From NCBI GenBank assembly GCA_965246715.1, contig CBDFFH010000009.1:64001-128000 (forward strand): DNA of 64,000 nt. Reading direction: 5' to 3'. The notes under the pieces were generated by a model. It was not told where the DNA came from. It did not search any database and saw nothing but the letters and a program-made list of their open reading frames with translations. Below, piece after piece: positions 11,272 through 22,034 of the stretch (position 1 is its first letter; each line of letters starts with the position of its first letter). A program made the translations under genes and the position numbers. This DNA comes from Chamaesiphon sp. (GTDB lineage: Bacteria; Cyanobacteriota; Cyanobacteriia; Cyanobacteriales; Chamaesiphonaceae).

Positions 11272-11665
11272 TGGAGCTGGGCAGAGTCGAACTGCCGTCC
11301 GCCCTGGGTATTAACTTTCCGCTCATTCACAGGTATAGTCTATCTAATCCTCAAGACGGGAGTGACCAATTATCCCAGGTCGCAGGATGCTCTGATGAAT
11401 CTTAGCTAAATAATCTACCAGAGACGATTATTTAGAGCATCCGTTGAGGGTTATCTATAGTACTTAACGGAGTCGTACTATAAATGCTCGGACTTAGAAA
11501 TTAATCTTAAGTGTTTTTAGGCAGCTACAGGAGCGGCTTTACGAGCGAAAGGTACAATGTTGTTTGCATCTATATTTAGTTGAGCCGATATTAACGAGAG
11601 TGGACTCCCTCTCGACCTGTATCACAGTGCAGCGTTCGCCAACACGTCGAAACCTTTACAGCCCC
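11272..11665 (-). ncRNA. ssrA: tmRNA
   Basis: 5' GGGGCTGTAAAGGTTTCGAC, 3' GTTCGACTCTGCCCAGCTCCA; tag ORF 11567-11517 encodes ANNIVPFARKAAPVAA*. Confidence 0.97.
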
Positions 11666-11865
11666 AAGTCTTTCTATTATAGGATATTTTTAGATGTTTG
11701 TGGGAGGGTAATTTTGAATTTTGAATTTTGGATTTTGCGGCTGAAATCACGCGGAGGGAACCTCCGCATGTGTTTCAGTCAAGACAGGATTTTGGATTAA
11801 AAATACATCTAGCCCCTAGCCCATATCTACTATTCACTATTCACTGATTCCCTATCCCCTAATTC

Positions 11866-13140
11866 ATGAAACTCCTCTGTATCAGCAACGGACACGGTGA
11901 AGACGCGATCGCATTACCCGTATTACAGGAGGTGCGAAAGTTAGCCGAGTTGCCAATAGAAATAGTTACGTTACCGATCGTGGGTGTGGGCAAGGCTTTT
12001 AGCGACAATAATTTTGACATTATCGGTACGGTGCAGACGATGCCATCGGGGGGATTCAATCAAGACAGTCGTCAACTGCTGCGAGATCTGCGGGGTGGGC
12101 TGCTGGGACTGACGATCGACCAAATCGAAACCGCCCAAAACTGGGCGAAATCTGGGGGTAAGATCCTGGCAGTCGGTGATATCGTGCCATTAGTTTTTGC
12201 GTGGTTGAGTGGTGCGGACTATGCCTTTATCGGTACTGCCAAATCAGAGTACTATATTCGCGATCGTCAGGGGCAAATCTTACCCTCGCAGCGCAATAGT
12301 CTGGAAGTCAAAACTGGCTCCTATTATTTTCCCTGGGAACGATGGTTGCTGGGTCGGAGTAGATGTAAGGCAGTGTTTGCTCGCGATCGATTGACGGCGG
12401 AAATCCTCCAACAGCATCACATTCCGGCGTTCGATTTAGGTAATCCGATGACAGATGGAGTCGCAATAGATTTCCGTCAGCCGAGATTTTATGGAGCTGA
12501 ATCAGTCAAACGCGAACGCGAACGTCCCCTAACTGTCACGCTGTTACCTGGATCTCGGCCACCAGAAGCGTATGCCAATTGGGAGCAGATCGTTATCGCC
12601 GCAAATAGCCTCCTTCCGCTCTGCAATCAGCGTTCGTTGGTATTTTTAGCCGCGATCGACCCCAAATTAGATTTGGATACCTTACAGCAGATTCTTCGCG
12701 CGCGAGGATGGACTGTGCAAGCTAATCCAGAGCGGAATTTTATCGATAACATCACCGATCCAAGCGCGATTTATTACCAACAGGGGAGTACGATCCTGAC
12801 GATCGGCACTCAATCCTATCGGCAATTTATGCATTTGGGCGACTGTGCGATCGCGATGGCGGGTACGGCGACGGAACAATTTATCAGCTTGGGGAAACCT
12901 GCCGTTATCATCCCTGGCAAAGGACCACAATTTACACCAGCCTTTGCTGAAGCGCAAACTCGATTATTGGGCGAGTCGGTGATTTTAGTGCCCCAGGCGC
13001 AGGAGGTGGGGCAAGAGATCGATCGATTATTACAGCAGCCAGATCGATTACAATCGATCGCCAAGAATGGTTTGTTGCGAATGGGTACGCCTGGTGCGGC
13101 AAGACGGATTGCCGAACATTTGCTGGAGATAATGCTCTAA
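11866..13140 (+). CDS. Lipid-A-disaccharide synthase-related protein
   Basis: SNGHGED, MPSGGF, LLPGSR, AMAGTATEQ, GPQFT. Confidence 0.85.
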   Translation: MKLLCISNGHGEDAIALPVLQEVRKLAELPIEIVTLPIVGVGKAFSDNNFDIIGTVQTMPSGGFNQDSRQLLRDLRGGLLGLTIDQIETAQNWAKSGGKILAVGDIVPLVFAWLSGADYAFIGTAKSEYYIRDRQGQILPSQRNSLEVKTGSYYFPWERWLLGRSRCKAVFARDRLTAEILQQHHIPAFDLGNPMTDGVAIDFRQPRFYGAESVKRERERPLTVTLLPGSRPPEAYANWEQIVIAANSLLPLCNQRSLVFLAAIDPKLDLDTLQQILRARGWTVQANPERNFIDNITDPSAIYYQQGSTILTIGTQSYRQFMHLGDCAIAMAGTATEQFISLGKPAVIIPGKGPQFTPAFAEAQTRLLGESVILVPQAQEVGQEIDRLLQQPDRLQSIAKNGLLRMGTPGAARRIAEHLLEIML

Positions 13141-13248
13141 ATTCTGTAGGGGTGAATTTATTACAATTAATCCTCGCGGAGCCTTAATCCCGCTCCGAGA
13201 ACAAACGAAAACCCGATCGCGTCGTAAAATAGGTTATCTATCGATCGA

Positions 13249-14985
13249 GTGGGTCTTTTGAAAAAGCGTTCTACCTATTGGCAACTTCTCCCTTATCTCA
13301 ATCCTTATTGGCAGACGATCGGTTTTGGGTTATTTTGCGTCATTCTATTTAGCCTACTATCGCCAGTTTTGGCCTATTTGGCACGGGATTTGTCGGAATA
13401 TATCAGCAAAGGTAACGTTCCCGCATTGATTCAATTGTCATTGATTGGTGCGGGGGTATTTGTTGTCAGGGGACTCGCTCAATATGGGCAAGACGCGCTG
13501 ATGGCGAAGGTGTCATTTGCAGTGACGTTAGATTTACGCAAAAAGATTTACGCGCATTTGCTCCAAGTTGGTGAGGCTTATACAGATAAATTACGGTCGG
13601 GAGATTTATCTTATCGGTTGACGGAAGAAATCGATCGAGTTGCCGAAGTAATTTACAAAATTTTTCATCAGTTTATTCCTTGCATCATTCAATTAGTCCT
13701 ACTTTTGGGATATATGATCTGGATTAACTGGCCACTGACGATTACCGTATTTCTGATCGCGCCAATTATTGCCTTGTTAGTTGGTTGGTTTGGCGATAAG
13801 TTACACAAATTTTCGCTGCGCAGCCAAAATCGGATCTCCGATCTGTCTTCACTTATTGCTGAATTTGGTGGGGGGATGCGGTTGATTCAAGCCTTCGCTG
13901 CCGAAGATTATGCTAATTTTAGATTTGGGCAGGAGTCGGAACTAAATCGTCAAGCAAAATATAGTACCGAAAAGCTCAAAGCAATCCAATTTCCAGTAAT
14001 TGGATTTATACAAGCTGCGAGTATTTTATTCTTATTTACGATCGCCGGATGGCAAATTTCATTAGGGAATTTGACTGGCAGTCAATTTGTGAGTTATGCC
14101 ACCGCAATCGCGTTGTTAATCGATCCGATTTCGCTGACAACTAGCAATTTTAATGAAATCAAACAAAGTGAAGCGTCAGTCGATCGCGTGTTTGAATTAC
14201 TAACTATTCCCATCTCGATCGTCGAACGTCCCGATGCGATCTCCTTACCACCGATTTCTGGTCTAGTTGAATATCGGCATGTCAGCTTCGGTTATACAGC
14301 CGATCGACCGATTCTCAAGGATTTCGACCTCACAGTAGCGCCAGGCGAAACGATCGCGCTAGTGGGGGCTTCTGGTGCTGGTAAAAGCACAATTTTAAGC
14401 CTCTTAAATCGGTTTCATGATGTGACTGGTGGGAGCATTGCGATCGATGGAATCGATATTCGCGATGTCACGCTCAAAAGCTTACGCCGTCAGATTGGCA
14501 TCGTCCCTCAAGACAACATGTTATTTTCGGGATATATCGCCCAAAATATTGCTTTCGGACAGACCGAATTCGATATTGAAGCAGTTGAGAAGGCGGCTAA
14601 AATTGCTAACGCTCATCAATTTATCTCACAACTTTCACAAGGTTATTATACATTTGTTGGCGAACAAGGTACTACGTTATCGGGAGGACAAAAACAACGC
14701 ATTGCGATCGCCAGAGCGGTATTATTTGACCCCCAAATCCTAATTCTCGACGAAGCAACGTCGGCATTAGATTCAGAATCAGAAGCCTTGGTGCAAGAGG
14801 CATTAGAGCGAGTAATGGCCGATCGAACGGTATTTATTATCGCTCATCGTTTGGCGACGGTAAGAAAAGCCGATCGAATTTTGGTAGTGGAAGATGGTCG
14901 AATCATTGAGGCGGGTACCCATAGTGAATTACTTGCAAAAACCGGAAGATATGCCAAGTTTTACGCGCAACAATTTAGTGAGTAG
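13249..14985 (+). CDS. ABC transporter permease/ATP-binding protein (MsbA-like)
   Basis: TMD plus GASGAGKS, LSGGQKQR, ILDEATS. Confidence 0.92.
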   Translation: MGLLKKRSTYWQLLPYLNPYWQTIGFGLFCVILFSLLSPVLAYLARDLSEYISKGNVPALIQLSLIGAGVFVVRGLAQYGQDALMAKVSFAVTLDLRKKIYAHLLQVGEAYTDKLRSGDLSYRLTEEIDRVAEVIYKIFHQFIPCIIQLVLLLGYMIWINWPLTITVFLIAPIIALLVGWFGDKLHKFSLRSQNRISDLSSLIAEFGGGMRLIQAFAAEDYANFRFGQESELNRQAKYSTEKLKAIQFPVIGFIQAASILFLFTIAGWQISLGNLTGSQFVSYATAIALLIDPISLTTSNFNEIKQSEASVDRVFELLTIPISIVERPDAISLPPISGLVEYRHVSFGYTADRPILKDFDLTVAPGETIALVGASGAGKSTILSLLNRFHDVTGGSIAIDGIDIRDVTLKSLRRQIGIVPQDNMLFSGYIAQNIAFGQTEFDIEAVEKAAKIANAHQFISQLSQGYYTFVGEQGTTLSGGQKQRIAIARAVLFDPQILILDEATSALDSESEALVQEALERVMADRTVFIIAHRLATVRKADRILVVEDGRIIEAGTHSELLAKTGRYAKFYAQQFSE

Positions 14986-15036
14986 TTGTGGGGAATCAAC
15001 TATCTGAATTTCCTCCCTCTCTTGAAAATTATTAGC

Positions 15037-15167
15037 AGAGTGGTTTCATACACCGAAAGAAAAATCTCTTAGTTCACTTCAGTGAACTTTTGCTGTTAGC
15101 CCGAACTTACAGTTCAGGGCGGTGCCTGAGCGAAGCAAATCAATTTTCCCTATCCCGAACTGACGTT
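15037..15167. repeat. Miniature element carrying a two-hairpin repeat; its two ends match two different MITE termini
   Basis: Left end resembles reverse complement of 21718-21803; right end CCCGAACTGACGTT equals the end at 26828-26841. Confidence 0.65.
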
Positions 15168-15169
15168 AC

Positions 15170-16783
15170 TTAACTCACCTTAAATTGCACCGTTGCTGAC
15201 TCAAGATGCTTAATCAAAGTAGCTTGAGGCAATGGCCCTTGAATGTGCTGCCAAGGTAACACCTGACTCGTCTCCCACTCCTCATGTACGTAAAAAGCCA
15301 TCGGCGCAATCTGTCCCCGTAACTCCTTAAATGCCCGTCGATAACTCCCGATCGAATCCCCATAACTCCGAGTTAATTCGAGTAAATAAGATACCCGGCG
15401 ATCGCCTCGCGAAATTAACGCCTGAATTACCGACCAGTTATAACTTTCTGGGCGAAAATCGATCCCGTTCGGGGTCAGCCGTTTTTGAAGCAATTGCAAT
15501 CGTTTCTCCGCATCCTTATTCACTCCCAACCATTGGAATGGTGTATGTGATTTCGGGACAAATGTACTGCATCCAAAGGTCAACCGTAACCCTGGAGCGG
15601 CTTTCTTTAGCGACTTTAGCATCGCCACAGTCTTATCGAGATCCGCTAATTCCTCACCAGGAATTCCCGCCATTCCATACAGTTTTAATCCCTTCAAACC
15701 GCCAGCTTTTGCATTAATTGCCGCTTGGACGATCTCTTCAGTTTCGAGCTTTTTGTTGACAATCTTTCTGACTCGTTCCGAACCACTTTCGACGGCGATC
15801 GTAATTGATTTACTATCGCGTTTAGCCAGCGTTTCAGCTAATTGGACGGTGAGGGTATTTGTCCGCACTGAAGATACACTCAAGCGAATATCATCGTATT
15901 TTGGCTTGCTGAGATGTTCTAATAGGGCGGGAAACTCTGGATGTTGAGTCACCGAAGCACCGAGTAACCCCAATCTGTCGGTTACTTCCAAACCGCGATC
16001 GATCGCTGGAATGAGCGAATCTGCTACGTCAGCAACGCGAAATGGTAAAGTCAGATAACTTGCCAAACAAAACCGACACATTTCAGGGCAACTCCGGACG
16101 ACTTCGACCATGAAAATGTTTTCCCATGCCGCTTTTTCGGTGACGACGGAGGAGACAGAAAGGGTATTGCCGCGATAGGTTTGTTTGGTAATAGTTGCGG
16201 GAATATTACTCGAGATCGGCGTAATACTGGCAAGGAGATCGCCTTGATACTCTACCTGATATAAGCTGGGAATATAAATTCCGGGTACCTGTGCTAACCG
16301 TTGTAATTTAGTAGCTCGATCTGCCGTCCGAACTTCTTGATACGCATTAATAAAATTGCCGAGTAAATCCTCACCATCGCCGACTAAAATTACATCAAAG
16401 AAATCAGCAAATGGTTCGGGATTGGCACTCAAAACGGGGCCACCTCCAAAAATTAGTGGGTCGTTATCGCCGCGTACCGCACTCCGGAGCGGGACTTCTA
16501 GAAATTCTAATAAATTGAGAATATTGACATAATCTAACTCCCAAGACAGCGAAAAACCGACTAATTCTGGCGATCGAGGTAAAGACTCATGCACGTCGGT
16601 AAATAATCGACTCACATCTAAATCCGCTCGCATGGCTAAAGTCGCCCACACTACCTGATAGCCTAAACTGGTAATCCCCACCGTATACTCATTGGGAAAA
16701 GCAAAGATCGTCGGAATCGCCGCTCGCTCGGGTGATGCTGGTGTAAATAATAACTGTTCGGCAGCGAAGACAGAGTTTGACAA
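15170..16783 (-). CDS. B12-binding radical SAM protein
   Basis: CPEMCRFC (CxxxCxxC), FPNEY, GGGPV, FVPKSHTPFQW. Confidence 0.88.
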   Translation of the reverse strand: MSNSVFAAEQLLFTPASPERAAIPTIFAFPNEYTVGITSLGYQVVWATLAMRADLDVSRLFTDVHESLPRSPELVGFSLSWELDYVNILNLLEFLEVPLRSAVRGDNDPLIFGGGPVLSANPEPFADFFDVILVGDGEDLLGNFINAYQEVRTADRATKLQRLAQVPGIYIPSLYQVEYQGDLLASITPISSNIPATITKQTYRGNTLSVSSVVTEKAAWENIFMVEVVRSCPEMCRFCLASYLTLPFRVADVADSLIPAIDRGLEVTDRLGLLGASVTQHPEFPALLEHLSKPKYDDIRLSVSSVRTNTLTVQLAETLAKRDSKSITIAVESGSERVRKIVNKKLETEEIVQAAINAKAGGLKGLKLYGMAGIPGEELADLDKTVAMLKSLKKAAPGLRLTFGCSTFVPKSHTPFQWLGVNKDAEKRLQLLQKRLTPNGIDFRPESYNWSVIQALISRGDRRVSYLLELTRSYGDSIGSYRRAFKELRGQIAPMAFYVHEEWETSQVLPWQHIQGPLPQATLIKHLESATVQFKVS

Positions 16784-16823
16784 AGTAATATTTAATAAAA
16801 TCGGTAGGTCAGAGCTGGATATT

Positions 16824-16956
16824 TAACCTAGGTTTCTACCTATACTCGAAGTGGTTAAAACCACTCCTCGTGATGCTATAGTCCGCGTAGGCGGACTATA
16901 GTATTGTTAGCCACGATTTCAATCGTAGGCATTTCGGTAGGTAGCAACTTGGGTTA
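16824..16956. repeat. MITE-like element with imperfect TIR TAACCCAAGTTGCTACCTA
   Basis: Ends 16824-16842 and 16938-16956; right end identical to 26957-26975; internal AGTCCGC..GCGGACT hairpin. Confidence 0.65.
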
Positions 16957-17096
16957 GTTAGGCGATCGTCGCAGTTTCAATTAGTAAAATTCTTGCTGGG
17001 GATATCCTCATTTTAGATGGTTCGTCTCAAATTTCACACCCTCACCGATCGAGCGCTGCTTGTTCTCCAGAGCCGATCTGCGCGTTGTTGAGGTAA

Positions 17097-17810
17097 TTAC
17101 CCTAGCAATACTTGCCAACTAATTATCTGCAGAGCTAAATCTGCTGCTAGATGGCTGATGTAGCACGGGAGGATCGATCGATAGATCGCAAAACAGCGCG
17201 CCCAGATTACCCCTGCCAAAAATACTGCAATTGCACCGATCGCGACTAATTTTAGATCGTTACAATAGGCGATGAGCAAAATCACATGATGCAGGGTAAA
17301 AAAGAGTGCAGAGAGCCAAACTGCAACTCGTTTACCGACTAATACTTCACATTTTTGATAGACAAACCAGCGCCAGACATATTCCTCGACAAACGAATTA
17401 ATCAGCGTTTGAAAAGTGCCGAAGCCAAATATCATCAACGGTACATTCATCTGCATTCGATCTACTCTAGCTCGAATATCGGCAAGATCCAACCAATGTT
17501 GACCGATTGCGTAATAACTACCTAAAATAATCCCAAACATCGCCACTCCCAGTAGAATTCCTACTACTAAACCACTACCTGCTTTAGTCAGCTTGAAATC
17601 CAACGGTTGGCGATCGATAAATCGATGCCAATAAATGGGAAAAATTACCATCCAAACCCCACAACAGATCGCAATCGATTGTCCGACGATCCCTGGCGCG
17701 ATGAAAGTGGATGCAATGGCACCGATGCTAGTCGCTGGGACAATAGCGACAAGCGGGAGACACGCTCGAATAAAGTTGCGGTTAGCGAACCGAGATTGCC
17801 GAAATTTCAC
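17097..17810 (-). CDS. CPBP-family intramembrane metalloprotease (Abi/CAAX)
   Basis: EEYVWR, FFTLHH, SHLAAD motifs; multiple TM helices; start uncertain. Confidence 0.85.
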   Translation of the reverse strand: MKFRQSRFANRNFIRACLPLVAIVPATSIGAIASTFIAPGIVGQSIAICCGVWMVIFPIYWHRFIDRQPLDFKLTKAGSGLVVGILLGVAMFGIILGSYYAIGQHWLDLADIRARVDRMQMNVPLMIFGFGTFQTLINSFVEEYVWRWFVYQKCEVLVGKRVAVWLSALFFTLHHVILLIAYCNDLKLVAIGAIAVFLAGVIWARCFAIYRSILPCYISHLAADLALQIISWQVLLG

Positions 17811-18383
17811 GATCTTTGCCTTTGAAAAGATACTTATCAGACTACCGAGACAACTTGATGTTCGGCTCGATCCTCGTGACAGTTATTCGATCGTCCATAA
17901 CCAAATTCAGATACAAACGTCTGGCAAACTATGATGAGTTTGTCAAGATTCAAGCTCACATATAATCAAAGATTTAAGTATCTTAACGAACATCTTCGTA
18001 AAGATACCGAGTTAGTAACATTTGTGGCTGCATCGAGCACCAAATCGATCTTTCTTTTTAATTAGCGTTAAAAGTCCCCCGTAGTAGACAGGATCCGATT
18101 GTCAATTTTTTATACTACATCAATAATTAGCAAAGGAAAATTAAGCGATCTTGCCGATCGCGATCCACTCGTCCCAAAAGTAGAATGATAGGGAGGCTGA
18201 AGCTTAGGCTGCAAGATCGTTCGGCTAAATGTTAAGTCGATTGGTTCTGTAAGAATGCAGATTTAAAGATGCATGACGATCTTCGATTGGTATGCAAAAT
18301 TAGCTTGTAAACTAATGAGCTAAGGCTCATTTAACTCTCATCAAGTATCCTGTTAATCGATCGCTGAAAAAATTGATATTTTT

Positions 18384-18560
18384 ATGAAGACACAGATAAA
18401 TTATCTTAATGCGGTGCGAGCTTTAATCGGTGAGAACAGACAATTATTAAACGACTGGGATATAGTAGTACAGCATAATTTAGCTCGTGGCGGATTAGAT
18501 ATCAACGTTCTCGCCTACCGCTGGTTAGCTGAATATTATCTGATGTGCAAAAATAGATAA
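18384..18560 (+). CDS. Possible 58-aa small protein (below ORF-track cutoff)
   Basis: ATG...TAA encoding MKTQINYLNAVRALIGENRQLLNDWDIVVQHNLARGGLDINVLAYRWLAEYYLMCKNR in a 1.1-kb gap. Confidence 0.35.
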   Translation: MKTQINYLNAVRALIGENRQLLNDWDIVVQHNLARGGLDINVLAYRWLAEYYLMCKNR

Positions 18561-18928
18561 TCTTTCTTCCTCAACTGCCAACATCAGCTCATTTTGATAC
18601 TGTTGGGATTCCCCATCGGCAAAATTTATCGCATTAAGTAATGCCCCTACATTCACAGAACTTGTGAGCGGGTTATTACCACAACCAAGTGTAATGCTTT
18701 GGGCCGCGATTTTTTTGTGGCATGGCAGCAACAAGACCGCCGACAAGCAATTTTGGCGGACACAGTCGTGCCAGCCGAGCGTCGGTTCGCGCTAGATCGA
18801 GCGGCTATTTGTTTAAGCTTTGTTACTGGGAGTCTCAAATAGGACAGAATTTACCGAAAATAAGAGCGATCGCTAATCGTAGCTGAATCCTTTTCAAAAT
18901 CAATTACTTAAAAATAGGAAAAGTAACT

Positions 18929-19210
18929 ATGGCACTCCAACGTGGGTCGAAAGTTCGCGTCCTTCGCAAAGAATCCTACTGGTTCCAAGATGTCGGTAGC
19001 GTCGTATCGATCGACCAAAGCGGCATCAAATATAACGTCATCGTCAGATTTAACAAAGTTAACTACTCTGGCTTCAGCGGTAGTGCTGGTGGCGTTAATA
19101 CTAACAACTTTGCTGTTAGTGAATTGGTAGAAGTGGAAGCACCGAAAGCAGCGGTTAAAGTCCCCACTCCAGCTAAAGACTCCACCGTATCCGTTAAAGC
19201 TAGCAAATAA
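18929..19210 (+). CDS. psaE: Photosystem I subunit IV
   Basis: [15 protein letters not shown]...VNY...TNNFA. Confidence 0.97.
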   Translation: MALQRGSKVRVLRKESYWFQDVGSVVSIDQSGIKYNVIVRFNKVNYSGFSGSAGGVNTNNFAVSELVEVEAPKAAVKVPTPAKDSTVSVKASK

Positions 19211-19308
19211 AGCTAACGATCCGACTGGTGAGCGGAGAGTGGCGATCGATCTCGGCCGATTTCGGTAAGATGGACTTTACCATTCTCTAGTTACCAGTCT
19301 TTCCCTTC

Positions 19309-20172
19309 ATGCCAGAATTACCTGAGGTTGAAACAGTCCGCCGGGGTTTAAATCAACACACACTCGATCGATCGATTACTGGCACTGAGGTATTATTACC
19401 ACGGACGATCGCTTATCCCGATACGCCGGACGAGTTTATCGCGGCATTGCATCACACTCAAATTCGGACTTGGCACCGGCGGGGCAAATATTTATATGCT
19501 GAATTAGTCTCAGCAGCCACTCAGCAGCCTGCTGGCTGGTTGGGGGTGCATTTACGCATGACGGGACAATTGCTATGGGTACAGCCCCAGACAGACCTTC
19601 AGAAACATACTCGCGTGCGCCTGTTTGTGGGCAAGGATTGGGAATTGCGCTTTGTCGATCAGCGCACATTCGGACAGATGTGGTGGATTCCACCCACTAA
19701 ACAGCTAGAGCAGGTGATGACTGGGTTGAGTAGATTAGGGCCAGAGCCTTTCGATCCGACTTTTAGCGTCGAATATTTTGCGGCGAAACTGCAGAAATCC
19801 CAGCGTAATATCAAAACCGTCATCCTCGATCAAGCTCTCGTCGCTGGAGTAGGCAACATTTATGCCGATGAAGCGTTGTTTTTGAGCAAAATTCATCCCA
19901 AGACACAGGCAAACGCGCTCACGCCAATCCAAATTGCGGCATTGCATGAGTCCACCATAACTGTCCTCAAAACCTCGATCGAGCAAGGCGGCACTACTTT
20001 CAGCAATTATCTCAGCATCGAGGGCACTAACGGCAATTACGGTGGCATAGCGTTGGTTTACAATCGCACCGGTCAACCCTGTCGCATCTGCCAAACCCCG
20101 ATCGAGAAAATCCGACTAGGGGGTCGCGGCACTCATTATTGTCCTCACTGTCAACCAGATCCGGAATCGTAA
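19309..20172 (+). CDS. mutM: Formamidopyrimidine-DNA glycosylase
   Basis: MPELPEVE, HLRMTG, GVGNIYADE, C-terminal zinc finger. Confidence 0.97.
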   Translation: MPELPEVETVRRGLNQHTLDRSITGTEVLLPRTIAYPDTPDEFIAALHHTQIRTWHRRGKYLYAELVSAATQQPAGWLGVHLRMTGQLLWVQPQTDLQKHTRVRLFVGKDWELRFVDQRTFGQMWWIPPTKQLEQVMTGLSRLGPEPFDPTFSVEYFAAKLQKSQRNIKTVILDQALVAGVGNIYADEALFLSKIHPKTQANALTPIQIAALHESTITVLKTSIEQGGTTFSNYLSIEGTNGNYGGIALVYNRTGQPCRICQTPIEKIRLGGRGTHYCPHCQPDPES

Positions 20173-20263
20173 AGTTCAAACCTAGCTCGGTAACGTCAAT
20201 TCGGGTTAAGGATTTCCCGTTTAGGCCATTCTTTGACTAGTGCTTGGTCTTAAGTGTCGTCCC

Positions 20264-20416
20264 AGTAGGGTGGGCAGTGCCCACCCTACTGGGTTTGAGC
20301 GAATATTCTCTAAGCTATCTGCATGAGATAATCGATTTGCCAATAGCCTGTCTACATAAATATTTATGAGAATAGAATAGCCTCAATCCTAGCTGGTGGG
20401 CACTGCCCACCCTACT
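20264..20416. repeat. GTAG-family REP palindromes GTAGGGTGGGCA(G/C)TGCCCACCCTAC
   Basis: Full palindrome near 20264-20290 and partial copy 20396-20415; same REP at 45480-46230. Confidence 0.75.
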
Positions 20417-20499
20417 TTCTACGTTCTCTAACCCCTATCCTCTCTTCCCTATCCCCCGATCGGGTAAGATGAAAAATTGCTTATATAAATAACCCTAAA

Positions 20500-21564
20500 A
20501 TGACCGATCTAAATCAAGAGCCTTTATTATTACGCGCTGCAAAGGGTGCAACTTTAGACCGTCCGCCAGTCTGGATGATGCGGCAGGCGGGACGATATAT
20601 GAAAGTTTATCGGGATCTGCGCGACAAATACCCCTCATTCCGCGATCGATCGGAAAAAGCCGAACTCGCGATCGAAATTTCGCTCCAACCCTGGCGCGCG
20701 TTCGAGCCGGATGGGGTAATTATGTTCTCGGATATCCTCACGCCCCTCCCAGGGATCGGGATTCCCTTCGATATCATCGAGAGTCGCGGGCCGATTATCG
20801 AGCCAGCAATCCGCTCTCAGGCGCAAATCGACGCACTTCATCCCCTAACTCCCGACGAATCACTACCATTCATCAAGGAGATCCTGGGCACGTTGCGACG
20901 GGAAGTCGGTAACAAATCTACAGTTCTCGGTTTTGTCGGCGCACCTTGGACGTTAGCAGCATATGCGATCGAAGGTAAAAGCTCGAAGGACTATGCCAAT
21001 ATCAAGGGGATGGCCTTCCGCGAACCGGCGATGCTCCATAGCTTACTATCCAAAATCGCCGATGCGATCGCGGTTTATGTGCGTTATCAAATCGATTGTG
21101 GCGCTCAAGTGGTGCAAATGTTTGATTCTTGGGCGGGACAACTCAGCCCCCAAGATTATGAGACTTTCGCGTTACCTTATCAGCAGCAAGTAGTGCGTCA
21201 AGTCAAAGCAACTCACCCGGATACACCACTGATTCTGTATATCAGTGGCAGTTCTGGTGTCTTAGAACTGATGGGTAAATCTGGTGTCGATATTGTCAGT
21301 CTGGATTGGACTGTGGATATGGCAGTGGGCAGGCAGCGGATTGGAGCGCATTTGGGCGTACAGGGTAATATGGACCCTTGTGCGTTATTTGGTTCTAAGG
21401 ATTTTATCCGCGATCGGATTATCGATACGGTGCGGAAGGCTGGCAAAACTGGGCATATCATGAATCTCGGGCATGGGGTTTTACCAACCGTTCCCGAAGA
21501 GAATGTCGCACATTTCTTTGAGACTGCCAAGCAGGTGGATAAATTAATCGCTGCTGCTGGTTAG
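20500..21564 (+). CDS. hemE: Uroporphyrinogen decarboxylase
   Basis: [31 protein letters not shown]. Confidence 0.97.
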   Translation: MTDLNQEPLLLRAAKGATLDRPPVWMMRQAGRYMKVYRDLRDKYPSFRDRSEKAELAIEISLQPWRAFEPDGVIMFSDILTPLPGIGIPFDIIESRGPIIEPAIRSQAQIDALHPLTPDESLPFIKEILGTLRREVGNKSTVLGFVGAPWTLAAYAIEGKSSKDYANIKGMAFREPAMLHSLLSKIADAIAVYVRYQIDCGAQVVQMFDSWAGQLSPQDYETFALPYQQQVVRQVKATHPDTPLILYISGSSGVLELMGKSGVDIVSLDWTVDMAVGRQRIGAHLGVQGNMDPCALFGSKDFIRDRIIDTVRKAGKTGHIMNLGHGVLPTVPEENVAHFFETAKQVDKLIAAAG

Positions 21565-21574
21565 GATTGATTAA

Positions 21575-21893
21575 CTCATATCTTGCACCAATACAGAAAG
21601 ACTAGTAAAAGCAGAGATCTGAGGATACCCACAAGGGGCCCCCCTTCAGGATTAATTGCGCAGGGTGGTTTCATACAAGAAAATAAAAATGCAAGAACCT
21701 TAGTGCTCAGTCTTCAACCGCCCTGAAATGAATTTCGGGCTAAGAGCAAAAGTCCACTGCAGTGGACTGAGCGATTTTTCTTTCGGTGTATGAAACCACC
21801 CTGCCTACAGGATTAATTGCGTAGGGGTGCCCCTTGTGGGTACCCTGGATCTAAGCCAAGCAATAGTATATTAAAACTGGTGCAAGATATGAG
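21575..21893. mobile_element. Nested MITE: outer TIR CTCATATCTTGCACCA with TTAA flanks, containing a REP pair and an inner MITE at 21661-21803
   Basis: Perfect 16-bp TIRs 21575-21590 / 21878-21893; inner 16-bp TIR CAGGGTGGTTTCATAC. Confidence 0.8.
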
Positions 21894-21960
21894 TTAATCG
21901 ATCTCAGCTTAGTGCTTTCACTAAATCGATCGAGTCGAATCATCGATTCGTCAGACTAAC

Positions 21961-21997
21961 AAAGGCAGGATGTAGTTGTAACTACATCCTGCCTTTA
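21961..21997. terminator. Hairpin terminator between convergent hemE and vipp1
   Basis: AAAGGCAGGATGTAGTT..AACTACATCCTGCCTTT. Confidence 0.7.
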
Positions 21998-22034
21998 CTA
22001 ATAGCATGTCCAGAGGAGAGGGTGAGATCGCCGC

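Noticed and set aside
11200..11272. Genomic island integrated at ssrA
   Set aside because: No adjacent integrase or duplicated ssrA 3' end
11564..11800. 78-aa ORF
   Set aside because: Overlaps tmRNA antisense and repeat DNA
17780..17805. A sixth 24-nt HIP1 insertion (peptide FRQSRFAN resembles IRQSRRFAN)
   Set aside because: Lacks the 5/3/5 plus 3/3/3 stem geometry and the CGAT^CG flanks
18929..20172. psaE-mutM adjacency as an unusual linkage
   Set aside because: Commonly conserved in cyanobacteria
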